Assembly: GCA_964016885.1 (NCBI GenBank)
Contig: OZ024745.1
Location: forward strand, 92,628,001-92,692,000
DNA: 64,000 bases
Source of the DNA: Eledone cirrhosa
Taxonomy: Eukaryota
Reading direction: 5' to 3'
Shown one piece after another: positions 30,201 through 47,637 of the stretch. The position numbers and the translations under genes were made by a program. The first letter of the stretch is position 1, and each line of letters begins with the position of its first letter. Below the pieces are notes generated by a model, which worked only from the letters and a program-made list of their open reading frames with translations, did no database searches and was not told where the DNA came from.

Positions 30201-33200
30201 CACCACTAACAGTAACACCCACACCACCACTAACAGTAACACCAACACCACCACTAACAGTAACACCCACACCACCAGTAACAGTAACACCAACACCACC
30301 ACTAACAGCAACACCCACACCACCAGTAACAGTAACACCAACACCACCACTAACAGTAACACCCACACCACCAGTAACAGTAACACCCACACCACCAGTA
30401 ACAGTAACACCCACACCACCAGTAACAGTAACACCCACACCACCACTAACAGTAACACCCACACCACCACTAACAGTAACACCCATACCACCACTAACAG
30501 AAACACCAACACCATCACTAACAGTAACACCAACACCACCACTAACAGTAACACCCACACCACCAGTAACAGTAACACCCACACCACCAGTAACAGTAAC
30601 ACCAACACCACCACTAACAGCAACACCCACACCACCAGTAACAGTAACACCCACACCACCAGTAACAGTAACACCACCACCACCACTAACAGCAACACCC
30701 ACACCACCACTAACAGTAACACCCACACCACCAGTAACAGTAACACCCACACCACCACTAACAGTAACACCCACACCACCACTAACAGCAACACCCACAC
30801 CACCAGTAACAGTAACACCAACACCACCACTAACAGTAACACCCACACCACCAGTAACAGTAACACCCACACCACCACTAACAGTAACACCCATACCACC
30901 ACTAACAGCAACACCCACACCACCAGTAACAGTAACACCAACACCACCACTAACAGTAACACCCACACCACCAGTAACAGTAACACCAACACCACCACTA
31001 ACAGTAACACCCACACCACCACTAACAGCAACACCCACACCACCAGTAACAGTAACACCAACACCACCACTAACAGTAACACCCACACCACCAGCAACAG
31101 TAACACCCACACCACCACTAACAGTAACACCCACACCACCACTAACAGTAACACCCATATCACCACTAACAGTAACACCCACACCACCAGTAACAGTAAC
31201 ACCCACACCACCACTAACAGTAACACCCACACCACCACTAACAGTAACACCCACACCACCACTAACAGTAACACCCACACCACCACTAACAGTAACACCC
31301 ACACCACCAGTAAAAGTAACACCCACACCACCACTAACAGTAACACCCACACCACCACTAACAGTAACACCCACACCACCACTAACAGTAACACCCACAC
31401 CACCACTAACAGTAACACCCACACCACCACTAACAGTAACACCCACATCACCACTAACAGTAACACCCACACCACCACTAACAGTAACACCACCACCACC
31501 ACTAACAGTAACACCCACACCACCACTAACAGTAACACCCACACCACCACTAACAGTAACACCCACACCACCAGTAACAGTAACACCCACACCACCACTA
31601 ACAGTAACACCCACACCACCACTAACAGTAACACCCACACCACCACTAACAGTAACACCCACACCACCACTAACAGTAACACCCACACCACCAGTAACAG
31701 TAACACCCACACCACCACTAACAGTAACACCCACACCACCACTAACAGTAACACCCACACCACCACTAACAGTAACACCCACACCACCAGCAACAGTAAC
31801 ACCCACACCACCACTAACAGTAACACCCACACCACCAGTAACAGTAACACCAACACCACCAGCAACAGTAACACCAACACCACCACTAACAGTAACACCC
31901 ACACCACCACTAACAGTAACACCCACACCACCATTAACAGTAACACCCACACCACCATTAACAGTAACACCCACACCACCAGTAACAGTAACACCAACAC
32001 CACCAGCAACAGTAACACCAACACCACCACTAACAGTAACACCCACACCACCACTAACAGTAACACCCACACCACCACTAACAGTAACACCCACACCACC
32101 ATTAACAGTAACACCCACACCACCATTAACAGTAACACCAACACCACCAGCAACAGTAACACTCACATCACCACTAACAGTAACACCCACACCACCACTA
32201 ACAGTAACACCCACACCACCAGTAACAGTAACACCCACACCACCAGTAACAGTAACACCCACACCACCAGTAACAGTAACACCCACATCACCACTAACAG
32301 TAACACCCACACCACCAGTAACAGTAACACCCACACCACCAGTAACAGTAACACCACCACCACCAGTAACAGTAACACCCACACCACCAGTAACAGTAAC
32401 ACCCACACCACCACTAACAGTAACACCCACACCACCACTAACAGAAACACCCACACCACCACTAACAGTAACACCAACACCACCACTAACAGTAACACCC
32501 ACACCACCAGTAACAGTAACACCCACACCACCAGTAACAGTAACACCAACACCACCACTAACAGTAACACCCACACCATCACTAACAGTAACAACCACAC
32601 CACCAGTAACAGTAACACCCACACCACCACTAACAGTAACACCCACACCACCACTAACAGTAACACCCACACCACCACTAACAGTAACACCAACACCACC
32701 ACTAACAGTAACACCCACACCACCAGTAACAGTAACACCCACACCACCACTAACAGCAACACCCACACCACCAGTAACAGTAACACCAACACCACCACTA
32801 ACAGTAACAGTAACACCCACACCACCAGTAACAGTAACACCCACACCACCAGTAACAGTAACACCCACACCACCAGTAACAGTAACACCCACACCACCAC
32901 TAACAGTAACACCCACACCACCACTAACAGTAACACCCACACCACCAGTAACAGTAACACCAACACCACCACTAACAGTAACACCCACACCACCACTAAC
33001 AGTAATACCCACACCACCACTAACAGTAACACCCACACCACCAGTAACAGTAACACCCACACCACCACTAACAGTAACACCCACACCACCACTAACAGCA
33101 ACACCCACACCACCAGTAACAGTAACACCAACACCACCACTAACAGTAACACCCACACCACCAGTAACAGTAACACCCACACCACCACTAACAGTAACAC

Positions 33201-36200
33201 CCACACCACCACTAACAGCAACACCCACACCACCAGTAACAGTAATACCAACACCACCACTAACACCCACACCACCACTAACAGTAACACCCACACCACC
33301 ACTAACAGCAACACCCACACCACCAGTAACAGTAATACCAACACCACCACTAACACCCACACCACCAGTAACAGTAACACCAACACCACCACTAACAGTA
33401 ACACCCACACCACCACTAACAGCAACACCCACACCACCAGTAACAGTAACACCAACACCACCACTAACAGTAACACCCACACCACCACTAACAGTAACAC
33501 CCACACCACCACTAACAGTAACACCCATATCACCACTAACAGTAACACCCACACCACCAGTAACAGTAACACCCACACCACCACTAACAGTAACACCCAC
33601 ACCACCACTAACAGTAACACCCACACCACCACTAACAGTAACACCCACACCACCACTAACAGTAACACCCATATCACCACTAACAGTAACACCCACACCA
33701 CCACTAACAGTAACACCCATATCACAACTAACAGTAACACCCACACCACCATTAACAGTAACACCAACACCACCAGCAACAGTAACACTCACACCACCAC
33801 TAACAGTAACACCCACACCACCACTAACAGCAACACCCACACCACCACTAACAGTAACACCAACACCACCACTAACAGTAACACCCACACCACCACTAAC
33901 AGTAACACCAACACCACCACTAACAGTAACACCCACACCACCACTAACAGTAACACCCACACCACCACTAACAGTAACACCCACACCACCATTAACAGTA
34001 ACACCAACACCACCACTAACAGTAACACCCACACCACCACTAACAGTAACACCAACACCACCACTAACAGTAACACCGACACCACCAGTAACAGTAACAC
34101 CAACACCACCAGCAACAGTAACACCACCAGCAACAGTAACACCAACACCACCAGCAACAGTAACACTCACACCACCACTAACAGTAACACCACCACCACC
34201 ACTAACAGTAACACCCACACCACCACTAACAGTAACACCCACACCACCACTAACAGTAACACCCACACCACCACTAACAGTAACACCCACACCACCACTA
34301 ACAGTAACACCCACACCACCAGTAACAGTAACACCCACACCACCAGTAACAGTAACACCCACACCACCACTAACAGTAACAACCACACCACCATTAACAG
34401 TAACACCAACACCACCACTAACAGTAACACCCACACCACCACTAACAGTAACACCCACACCACCACTAACAGTAACACCCACACCACCACTAACAGTAAC
34501 ACCCACACCACCAGTAACAGTAACACCCACACCACCAGTAACAGTAACACCCACACCACCACTAACAGTAACACCCACACCACCATTAACAGTAACACCA
34601 ACACCACCACTAACAGTAACACCCACACCACCACTAACAGTAACACCCACACCACCACTAACAGTAACACCACCACCACCACTAACAGTAACACCCACAC
34701 CACCAGTAACAGTAACACCCACACCACCACTAACACCCACACCACCAGTAACAGTAACACCCACACCACCAGTAACAGTAACACCCACACCACCACTAAC
34801 AGTAACACCCACACCACCAGTAACAGTAACACCAACACCACCAGTAACAGTAACACCCACACCACCACTAACAGTAACACCCACACCACCATTAACAGTA
34901 ACACCACCACTAACAGTAACACCCACACCACCAGTAACAGTAACACCCACACCACCAGTAACAGTAACACCCACACCACCACTAAGAGTAACACCCACAC
35001 CACCAGTAACAGTAACACCCACACCACCAGTAACAGTAACACCCACACCACCACTAACAGTAACACCCACACCACCAGTAACAGTAACACCAACACCACC
35101 AGTAACAGTAACACCCACACCACCACTAACAGTAACACCCACACCACCAGCAACAGTAACACCCACACCACCAGTAACAGTAACACCCACACCACCACTA
35201 ACAGAAACACCAACACCACCACTAACAGGAACACCAACACCACCACTAACCGTAACACCCACACCACCAGTAACAGTAACACCCACACCACCACTAACAG
35301 TAACACCAACACCACCACTAACAGTAACACCCACACCACCACTAACAGTAACACCACCACCACCACTAACAGTAACACCCACACCACCACTAACAGTAAC
35401 ACCCACACCACCACTAACAGTAACACCCACACCACCACTAACAGTAACACCCACACCACCACTAACAGTAACACCCACACCACCACTAACAGGAACAACC
35501 ACACCACCACTAACAGTAACACCCACACCACCACTAACAGTAACACCCACACCACCACTAACAGTAACACCCACACCACCACTAACAGGAACACCCACAC
35601 CACCACTAACAGGAACACCAACACCACCACTAACAGTAACACCCACACCACCACTAACAGTAACACCAACACCACCACTAACAGTAACACCCACACCACC
35701 ACTAACAGTAACACCACCACCACCACTAACAGTAACACCACCACCTCACTAACAGTAACACCCACACCACCACTAACAGTAACACCCACACCACCAGCAA
35801 CAGTAACACCCACACCACCACTAACAGTAACACCCACACCACCATTAACAGTAACACCAACACCACCAGCAACAGTAACACTCACACCACCACTAACAGT
35901 AACACCCACACCAACACTAACAGTAACACCCACACCACCACTAACAGTAACACCCACACCACCAGTAACAGTAACACCCACACCACCAGTAACAGTAACA
36001 CCCACACCACCACTAACAGAAACACCAACACCACCACTAACAGTAACACCCACACCACCACTAACAGTAACACCAACACCCACACCACCAGTAACAGTAA
36101 CACCCACACCACCACTAACAGTAACACCACCACCACCACTAACAGTAACACCCACACCACCACTAACAGTAACACCACCACCACCACCACTAACAGTAAC

Positions 36201-39200
36201 ACCCACACCACCAGTAACAGTAACACCCACACCACCACTAACAGTAACACCCACACCACCACTAACAGTAACACCAACACCACCACTAACAGTAACACCC
36301 ACACCACCAGCAACAGTAACACACACACCACCACCAACTGTAACACCAACACCACCACTAACAGTAACACCCACACCACCAGCAACAGTAACACCAACAC
36401 CACCACTAACAGTAACACCCACACCACCACTAACAGTAACACCCACACCACCACTAACAGTAACACCCACACCACCACTAACAGTAACACCAACACCACC
36501 ACTAACAGTAACACCGACACCACCACTAACAGTAACACCAACACCACCACTAACAGTAACACCAACACCACCACTAACAGTAACACCCACACCACCACTA
36601 ACAGTAACACCAACACCACCACTAACAGTAACACCAACACCACCACTAACAGTAACACCCACACCACCACTAACAGTAACACCAACACCACCACTAACAG
36701 TAACACCCACACCACCACTAACAGTAACACCCACACCACCACTAACAGTAACACCAACACCACCACTAACAGTAACACCCACACCACCACTAACAGCAAC
36801 ACCCACACCACCAGTAACAGTAACACCCACACCACCAGCCATAGTAACAGTAACACCACCACTAACAGTAACACCAACACCACCACTAACAGTAACACCC
36901 ACACCACCAGCAACAGTAACAGTAACACCACCACCACCAGTAACAGTAACACCCACACCACCACTAACAGTAACACCAACACCACCACTAACAGTAACAC
37001 CCACACCACCACTAACAGTAACACCCACACCACCACTAACAGTAACACCAACACCACCACTAACAGTAACACCCACACCACCACTAACAGCAACACCCAC
37101 ACCACCAGTAACAGTAACACCCACACCACCACTAACAGTAACACCCAAACCACCAGTAACAGTAACACCCACACCACCAGTAACAGTAACACCCACACCA
37201 CCACTAACAGTAACACCCACACCACCAGTAACAGTAACACCCACACCACCAGTAACAGTAACACCCACACCGCCACTAACAGTAACACCCACACCACCAG
37301 TAACAGTAACACCCACACCACCAGTAACAGTAACACCCACACCACCACTAACAGTAACACCACCACCACCACTAACAGTAACACCCACACCACCACTAAC
37401 AGTAACACCACCACCACCAGCAACAGTAACACCAACACCACCACTAACAGTAACACCAACACCACCACTAACAGTAACACCCACACCACCACTAACAGTA
37501 ACACCAACACCACCATTAACAGTAACACCCACACCACCACTAACAGTAACACCCACACCACCAGTAACAGTAACACCCACACCACCACTAACACCCACAC
37601 CACCAGTAACAGTAACACCCACACCACCAGTAACAGTAACACCCACACCACCACTAACAGTAACACCCACACCACCAGTAACAGTAACACCAACACCACC
37701 AGTAACAGTAACACCCACACCACCACTAACAGTAACACCCACACCACCATTAACAGTAACACCACCACCACCACTAACAGTAACACCCACACCACCAGTA
37801 ACAGTAACACCCACACCACCAGTAACAGTAACACCCACACCACCACTAAGAGTAACACCCACACCACCAGTAACAGTAACACCCACACCACCAGTAACAG
37901 TAACACCCACACCACCACTAACAGTAACACCCACACCACCAGTAACAGTAACACCAACACCACCAGTAACAGTAACACCCACACCACCACTAACAGTAAC
38001 ACCCACACCACCAGCAACAGTAACACCCACACCACCAGTAACAGTAACACCCACACCACCACTAACAGAAACACCAACACCACCACTAACAGGAACACCA
38101 ACACCACCACTAACCGTAACACCCACACCACCAGTAACAGTAACACCCACACCACCACTAACAGTAACACCAACACCACCACTAACAGTAACACCCACAC
38201 CACCACTAACAGTAACACCACCACCACCACTAACAGTAACACCCACACCACCACTAACAGTAACACCCACACCACCACTAACAGTAACACCCACACCACC
38301 ACTAACAGTAACACCCACACCACCACTAACAGTAACACCCACACCACCACTAACAGGAACAACCACACCACCACTAACAGTAACACCCACACCACCACTA
38401 ACAGTAACACCCACACCACCACTAACAGTAACACCCACACCACCACTAACAGGAACACCCACACCACCACTAACAGGAACACCAACACCACCACTAACAG
38501 TAACACCCACACCACCACTAACAGTAACACCAACACCACCACTAACAGTAACACCCACACCACCACTAACAGTAACACCACCACCACCACTAACAGTAAC
38601 ACCACCACCTCACTAACAGTAACACCCACACCACCACTAACAGTAACACCCACACCACCAGCAACAGTAACACCCACACCACCACTAACAGTAACACCCA
38701 CACCACCATTAACAGTAACACCAACACCACCAGCAACAGTAACACTCACACCACCACTAACAGTAACACCCACACCAACACTAACAGTAACACCCACACC
38801 ACCACTAACAGTAACACCCACACCACCAGTAACAGTAACACCCACACCACCAGTAACAGTAACACCCACACCACCACTAACAGAAACACCAACACCACCA
38901 CTAACAGTAACACCCACACCACCACTAACAGTAACACCAACACCCACACCACCAGTAACAGTAACACCCACACCACCACTAACAGTAACACCACCACCAC
39001 CACTAACAGTAACACCCACACCACCACTAACAGTAACACCACCACCACCACCACTAACAGTAACACCCACACCACCACTAACAGTAACACCCACACCACC
39101 ACTAACAGTAACACCAACACCACCACTAACAGTAACACCCACACCACCAGCAACAGTAACACACACACCACCACTAACTGTAACACCAACACCACCACTA

Positions 39201-42200
39201 ACAGTAACACCCACACCACCAGCAACAGTAACACCAACACCACCACTAACAGTAACACCCACACCACCACTAACAGTAACACCCACACCACCACTAACAG
39301 TAACACCCACACCACCACTAACAGTAACACCAACACCACCACTAACAGTAACACCGACACCACCACTAACAGTAACACCAACACCACCACTAACAGTAAC
39401 ACCAACACCACCACTAACAGTAACACCCACACCACCACTAACAGTAACACCAACACCACCACTAACAGTAACACCAACACCACCACTAACAGTAACACCC
39501 ACACCACCACTAACAGTAACACCAACACCACCACTAACAGTAACACCCACACCACCACTAACAGTAACACCCACACCACCACTAACAGTAACACCAACAC
39601 CACCACTAACAGTAACACCCACACCACCACTAACAGCAACACCCACACCACCAGTAACAGTAACACCCACACCACCAGCCATAGTAACAGTAACACCACC
39701 ACTAACAGTAACACCAACACCACCACTAACAGTAACACCCACACCACCAGCAACAGTAACAGTAACACCACCACCACCAGTAACAGTAACACCCACACCA
39801 CCACTAACAGTAACACCAACACCACCACTAACAGTAACACCCACACCACCACTAACAGTAACACCCACACCACCACTAACAGTAACACCAACACCACCAC
39901 TAACAGTAACACCCACACCACCACTAACAGCAACACCCACACCACCAGTAACAGTAACACCCACACCACCACTAACAGTAACACCCAAACCACCAGTAAC
40001 AGTAACACCCACACCACCAGTAACAGTAACACCCACACCACCACTAACAGTAACACCCACACCACCAGTAACAGTAACACCCACACCACCAGTAACAGTA
40101 ACACCCACACCGCCACTAACAGTAACACCCACACCACCAGTAACAGTAACACCCACACCACCAGTAACAGTAACACCCACACCACCACTAACAGTAACAC
40201 CACCACCACCACTAACAGTAACACCCACACCACCACTAACAGTAACACCACCACCACCAGCAACAGTAACACCAACACCACCACTAACAGTAACACCAAC
40301 ACCACCACTAACAGTAACACCCACACCACCACTAACAGTAACACCAACACCACCATTAACAGTAACACCCACACCACCACTAACAGTAACACCCACACCA
40401 CCAGTAACAGTAACACCCACACCACCACTAACACCCACACCACCAGTAACAGTAACACCCACACCACCAGTAACAGTAACACCCACACCACCACTAACAG
40501 TAACACCCACACCACCAGTAACAGTAACACCAACACCACCAGTAACAGTAACACCCACACCACCACTAACAGTAACACCCACACCACCATTAACAGTAAC
40601 ACCACCACCACCACTAACAGTAACACCCACACCACCAGTAACAGTAACACCCACACCACCAGTAACAGTAACACCCACACCACCACTAAGAGTAACACCC
40701 ACACCACCAGTAACAGTAACACCCACACCACCAGTAACAGTAACACCCACACCACCACTAACAGTAACACCCACACCACCAGTAACAGTAACACCAACAC
40801 CACCAGTAACAGTAACACCCACACCACCACTAACAGTAACACCCACACCACCAGCAACAGTAACACCCACACCACCAGTAACAGTAACACCCACACCACC
40901 ACTAACAGAAACACCAACACCACCACTAACAGGAACACCAACACCACCACTAACCGTAACACCCACACCACCAGTAACAGTAACACCCACACCACCACTA
41001 ACAGTAACACCAACACCACCACTAACAGTAACACCCACACCACCACTAACAGTAACACCACCACCACCACTAACAGTAACACCCACACCACCACTAACAG
41101 TAACACCCACACCACCACTAACAGTAACACCCACACCACCACTAACAGTAACACCCACACCACCACTAACAGTAACACCCACACCACCACTAACAGGAAC
41201 AACCACACCACCACTAACAGTAACACCCACACCACCACTAACAGTAACACCCACACCACCACTAACAGTAACACCCACACCACCACTAACAGGAACACCC
41301 ACACCACCACTAACAGGAACACCAACACCACCACTAACAGTAACACCCACACCACCACTAACAGTAACACCAACACCACCACTAACAGTAACACCCACAC
41401 CACCACTAACAGTAACACCACCACCACCACTAACAGTAACACCACCACCTCACTAACAGTAACACCCACACCACCACTAACAGTAACACCCACACCACCA
41501 GCAACAGTAACACCCACACCACCACTAACAGTAACACCCACACCACCATTAACAGTAACACCAACACCACCAGCAACAGTAACACTCACACCACCACTAA
41601 CAGTAACACCCACACCAACACTAACAGTAACACCCACACCACCACTAACAGTAACACCCACACCACCAGTAACAGTAACACCCACACCACCAGTAACAGT
41701 AACACCCACACCACCACTAACAGAAACACCAACACCACCACTAACAGTAACACCCACACCACCACTAACAGTAACACCAACACCCACACCACCAGTAACA
41801 GTAACACCCACACCACCACTAACAGTAACACCACCACCACCACTAACAGTAACACCCACACCACCACTAACAGTAACACCACCACCACCACCACTAACAG
41901 TAACACCCACACCACCAGTAACAGTAACACCCACACCACCACTAACAGTAACACCCACACCACCACTAACAGTAACACCAACACCACCACTAACAGTAAC
42001 ACCCACACCACCAGCAACAGTAACACACACACCACCACTAACTGTAACACCAACACCACCACTAACAGTAACACCCACACCACCAGCAACAGTAACACCA
42101 ACACCACCACTAACAGTAACACCCACACCACCACTAACAGTAACACCCACACCACCACTAACAGTAACACCCACACCACCACTAACAGTAACACCAACAC

Positions 42201-45200
42201 CACCACTAACAGTAACACCGACACCACCACTAACAGTAACACCAACACCACCACTAACAGTAACACCAACACCACCACTAACAGTAACACCCACACCACC
42301 ACTAACAGTAACACCAACACCACCACTAACAGTAACACCAACACCACCACTAACAGTAACACCCACACCACCACTAACAGTAACACCAACACCACCACTA
42401 ACAGTAACACCCACACCACCACTAACAGTAACACCCACACCACCACTAACAGTAACACCAACACCACCACTAACAGTAACACCCACACCACCACTAACAG
42501 CAACACCCACACCACCAGTAACAGTAACACCCACACCACCAGCCATAGTAACAGTAACACCACCACTAACAGTAACACCAACACCACCACTAACAGTAAC
42601 ACCCACACCACCAGCAACAGTAACAGTAACACCACCACCACCAGTAACAGTAACACCCACACCACCACTAACAGTAACACCCACACCACCAGCCATAGTA
42701 ACAGTAACACCACCACTAACAGTAACACCAACACCACCACTAACAGTAACACCCACACCACCAGCAACAGTAACAGTAACACCACCACCACCAGTAACAG
42801 TAACACCCACACCACCACTAACAGTAACACCAACACCACCACTAACAGTAACACCCACACCACCACTAACAGTAACACCCACACCACCACTAACAGTAAC
42901 ACCAACACCACCACTAACAGTAACACCCACACCACCACTAACAGCAACACCCACACCACCAGTAACAGTAACACCCACACCACCACTAACAGTAACACCC
43001 AAACCACCAGTAACAGTAACACCCACACCACCAGTAACAGTAACACCCACACCACCACTAACAGTAACACCCACACCACCAGTAACAGTAACACCCACAC
43101 CACCAGTAACAGTAACACCCACACCGCCACTAACAGTAACACCCACACCACCAGTAACAGTAACACCCACACCACCAGTAACAGTAACACCCACACCACC
43201 ACTAACAGTAACACCACCACCACCACTAACAGTAACACCCACACCACCACTAACAGTAACACCACCACCACCAGCAACAGTAACACCAACACCACCAGTA
43301 ACAGTAACACCAACACCACCACTAACAGTAACACCCACACCACCACTAACAGTAACACCAACACCACCATTAACAGTAACACCCACACCACCACTAACAG
43401 TAACACCAACACCACCACTAACAGTAACACCACCACCACCAGCAACAGTAACACCAACACCACCACTAACAGTAACACCCACACCACCACTAACAGTAAC
43501 ACCCACACCACCAGTAACAGTAACACCCACACCACCACTAACTGTAACACCAACACCACCACTAACAGTAACACCACCACCACCAGCAACAGTAACACTC
43601 ACACCACCACTAACAGTAACACCCACACCACCACTAACAGTAACACCCACACCACCAGTAACAGTAACACCCACACCACCACTAACTGTAACGCCAACAC
43701 CACCAGTAACAGTAACACCCACACCACCACTAACTGTAACACCCACACCACCAGCAACAGTAACACCACCACTAACAGTAACAGTAACACCCACACCAAC
43801 ACTAACAGTAACACCCACACCACCATTAACAGTAACACCAACACCACCACTAACAGTAACACCCACACCACCACTAACAGTAACACCAACACCACCACTA
43901 ACAGTAACACCAACACCACCACTAACAGTAACACCAACACCACCACTAACAGTAACACCCACACCACCACTAACAGTAACACCAACACCACCACTAACAG
44001 TAACACCCACACCACCACTAACAGTAACACCCACACCACCACTAACAGTAACACCCACACCACCATTAACAGTAACACCAACACCACCACTAACAGTAAC
44101 ACCCACACCACCACTAACAGTAACACCCACACCACCATTAACAGTAACACCAACACCACCACTAACAGTAACACCCACACCACCACTAACAGTAACACCC
44201 ACACCACCACTAACAGTAACACCAACACCACCACTAACAGTAACACTAACACCACCACTAACAGTAACACCCACACCACCACTAACAGTAACACCAACAC
44301 CACCACTAACAGTAACACCCACACCACCATTAACAGTAACACTAACACCACCACTAACAGTAACACCCACACCACCATTAACAGTAACACTAACACCACC
44401 ACTAACAGTAACATCAACACCACCACTAATAGTAACACCCACACCACCACTAACAGTAACATCAACACCACCACTAACAGTAACACCCACACCACCATTA
44501 ACAGTAACACTAACACCACCACTAACAGTAACACCCACACCACCATTAACATTAACACCCACACCACCACTAACAGTAACACCAACACCACCACTAACAG
44601 TAACACCCACACCACAACTAACAGTAACACCAACACCACCACTAACAGTAACACCAACACCACCACTAACAGTAACACCCACACCACCACTAACAGTAAC
44701 ACCCACACCACCATTAACAGTAACACCAACACCACCACTAACAGTAACACCCACACCACCATTAACAGTAACACCCACACCACCATTAACAGTAACACCA
44801 ACACCACCACTAACAGTAACACCCACACCACCATTAACAGTAACACCAACACCACCACTAATAGTAACACCCACACCACCATTAACAGTAACACTAACAC
44901 CACCACTAACAGTAACACCCACACCACCACTAACAGTAACACCAACACCACCACTAACAGTAACACCAACACCACCACGAACAGTAACACCCACACCACC
45001 ATTAACAGGAACACCCACACCACCAGTAACAGTAACACCCACACCACCAGCAACAGTAACACCCACACCACCACTAACAGTAACACCAACACCACCAGCA
45101 ACAGTAACACCCACACCACCAGTAACAGTAACACCCACACCACCACTAACAGTAACACCCACACCACCACTAACAGTAACACCCACACCACCACTAACAG

Positions 45201-47311
45201 TAACACCCACACCACCACTAACAGTAACACCCACACCACCACTAACAGTAACACCAACACCACCACTAACAGTAACACCCACACCACCACTAACAGTAAC
45301 ACCCATATCACCACTAACAGTAACACCCACACCACCAGCAACACCAACACCACCACCACTAACAGTAACACCCACACCACCAGTAACAGTAACACCCACA
45401 CCACCACTAACAGTAACACCCACACCACCAGTAACACCCACACCAACACCACCACTAACAGTAACACCCACACCACCATTAACAGTAACACCAACACCAC
45501 CACTAACAGTAACACCCACACCACCATTAACAGTAACACCCACACCACCACTAACAGTAACACCCACACCACCATTAACAGTAACACCAACACCACCACT
45601 AACAGTAACACCCACACCACCACTAACAGTAACACCCACACCACCACTAACAGTAACACCAACACCACCACTAACAGTAACACCCACACCACCATTAACA
45701 GTAACACCCACACCACCAGCAACAGTAACACCCACACCACCACTAACAGTAACACCAACACCACCACTAACAGTAACAGTAACACCACCAGTAACAGTAA
45801 CACCCACACCACCACTAACAGTAACACCAACACCACCACTAACAGTAACACCCACACCACCAGTAACAGTAACACCACCACCACCACTAACAGTAACACC
45901 CACACCACCAGTAACAGTAACACCCACACCACCACTAACAGTAACACCAACACCACCACTAACAGTAACACCCACACCACCACTAACAGTAACACCAACA
46001 CCACCACTAACAGTAACACCCACACCACCATTAACAGTAACACCCACACCACCAGTAACAGTAACACCCACACCACCACTAACAGTAACACCAACACCAC
46101 CACTAACAGTAACACCCACACCACCACTAACAGTAACACCAACACCACCACTAACAGTAACACCCACACCACCACTAACAGTAACACCAACACCACCACT
46201 AACAGTAACACCCACACCACCATTAACAGTAACACCAACACCACCAGCAACAGTAACACCCACACCACCAACAGTAACACCAACACCACCACTAACAGCA
46301 ACACCCACACCACCACTAACAGTAACACCAACACCACCACTAACAGTAACACCCACACCACCACTAACAGTAACACCAACACCACCACTAACAGTAACAC
46401 CCACACCACCATTAACAGTAACACCAACACCACCAGCAACAGTAACACCCACACCACTAACAGTAACACCAACACCACCACTAACAGTAACACCCACACC
46501 ACCATTAACAGTAACGCCAACACCACCACTAACAGTAACACCCACACCACCATTAACAGTAACACCAACACCACCACTAACATTAACACCAACACCACCA
46601 CTAACAGTAACACCCACACCACCACTAACAGTAACACCAACACCACCAGCAACAGTAACACCCACACCACCAGTAACAGTAACACCCACACCACCACTAA
46701 CAGTATCACCCACACCACCACTAACAGTAACACCAACACCACCACTAACAGTAACACCCACACCACCACTAACAGTAACACCAACACCACCAGCAACAGT
46801 AACACCCACACCACCAGTAACAGTAACACCCACACCACCACTAACAGTATCACCCACACCACCACTAACAGTAACACCAACACCACCACTAACAGTAACA
46901 CCAACACCACCACTAACAGTAACACCACCACCACCAGTAACAGTAACACCCACACCACCATTAACAGTAACACCAACACCACCACTAACAGTAACACCAA
47001 CACCACCACTAACAGTAACACCCACACCACCACTAACAGTAACACCAACACCACCACTAACAGTAACACCCACACCACCACTAACAGTAACACCCACACC
47101 ACCAGCAACAGTAACACCCACACCACCACTAACAGTAACACCCACACCACCACTAACAGTAACACCAACACCACCACTAACAGTAACACCCACACCACCA
47201 CTAACAGTAACACCCACACCACCACTAACAGTAACACCAACACCACCAGCAACAGTAACACCCACACCACCAGCAACACCACCACCACCAGCAACAGTAA
47301 CAGTAACACCA
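12293..47311. repeat. 35-kb satellite of 24-bp monomer CCACCACTAACAGTAACACCCACA (about 1450 units) with nested higher-order repeats
   Basis: Monomer visible throughout. Rare variants (cctcacta, ctaagagta, gccatagta, gtaaaagta, acacctac) recur at ~2.86-kb and ~15-kb spacings. Confidence 0.98.
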
Positions 47312-47637
47312 ATGGGACATGCAGTAAGATAATCCCTTGAAAAAGCCAACCACAGCAATATTCCAATACAATAAAAGTAGTTTTCTAAGGATATCAACAT
47401 GTTGCAATACTGTAATATAAACCATATCAACTTTTTCTACTTTAACTGATAACATTTTTCAACTTAGGTGTTACTATTTAATTGTCAAAGAGAATATATA
47501 ATAAAATTACATACTTATATATACACATGCATACATAAATAAATAAATATACATACATACATACACACACTCATAATATATAAATATATATACATACATC
47601 TCTCTCTCTCATATATATATATAGAGCGAGAGAGAGA

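Noticed and set aside
12293-47311. Chi site (CCACCAGC) in the gca variant, and telomere-like ccactaac versus ccctaac
   Set aside because: Chi is bacterial and occurs only in a minor variant. No true (TTAGGG)n units are present, and the resemblance is expected from C/A-rich composition.
12281-47366. Huge Leu/Val/Trp ORFs and the G/V ORFs as annotated CDS
   Set aside because: Alternative frames of the 24-mer. Starts are arbitrary GTG/TTG-type codons, and the ORFs switch register at the cctcacta indel.
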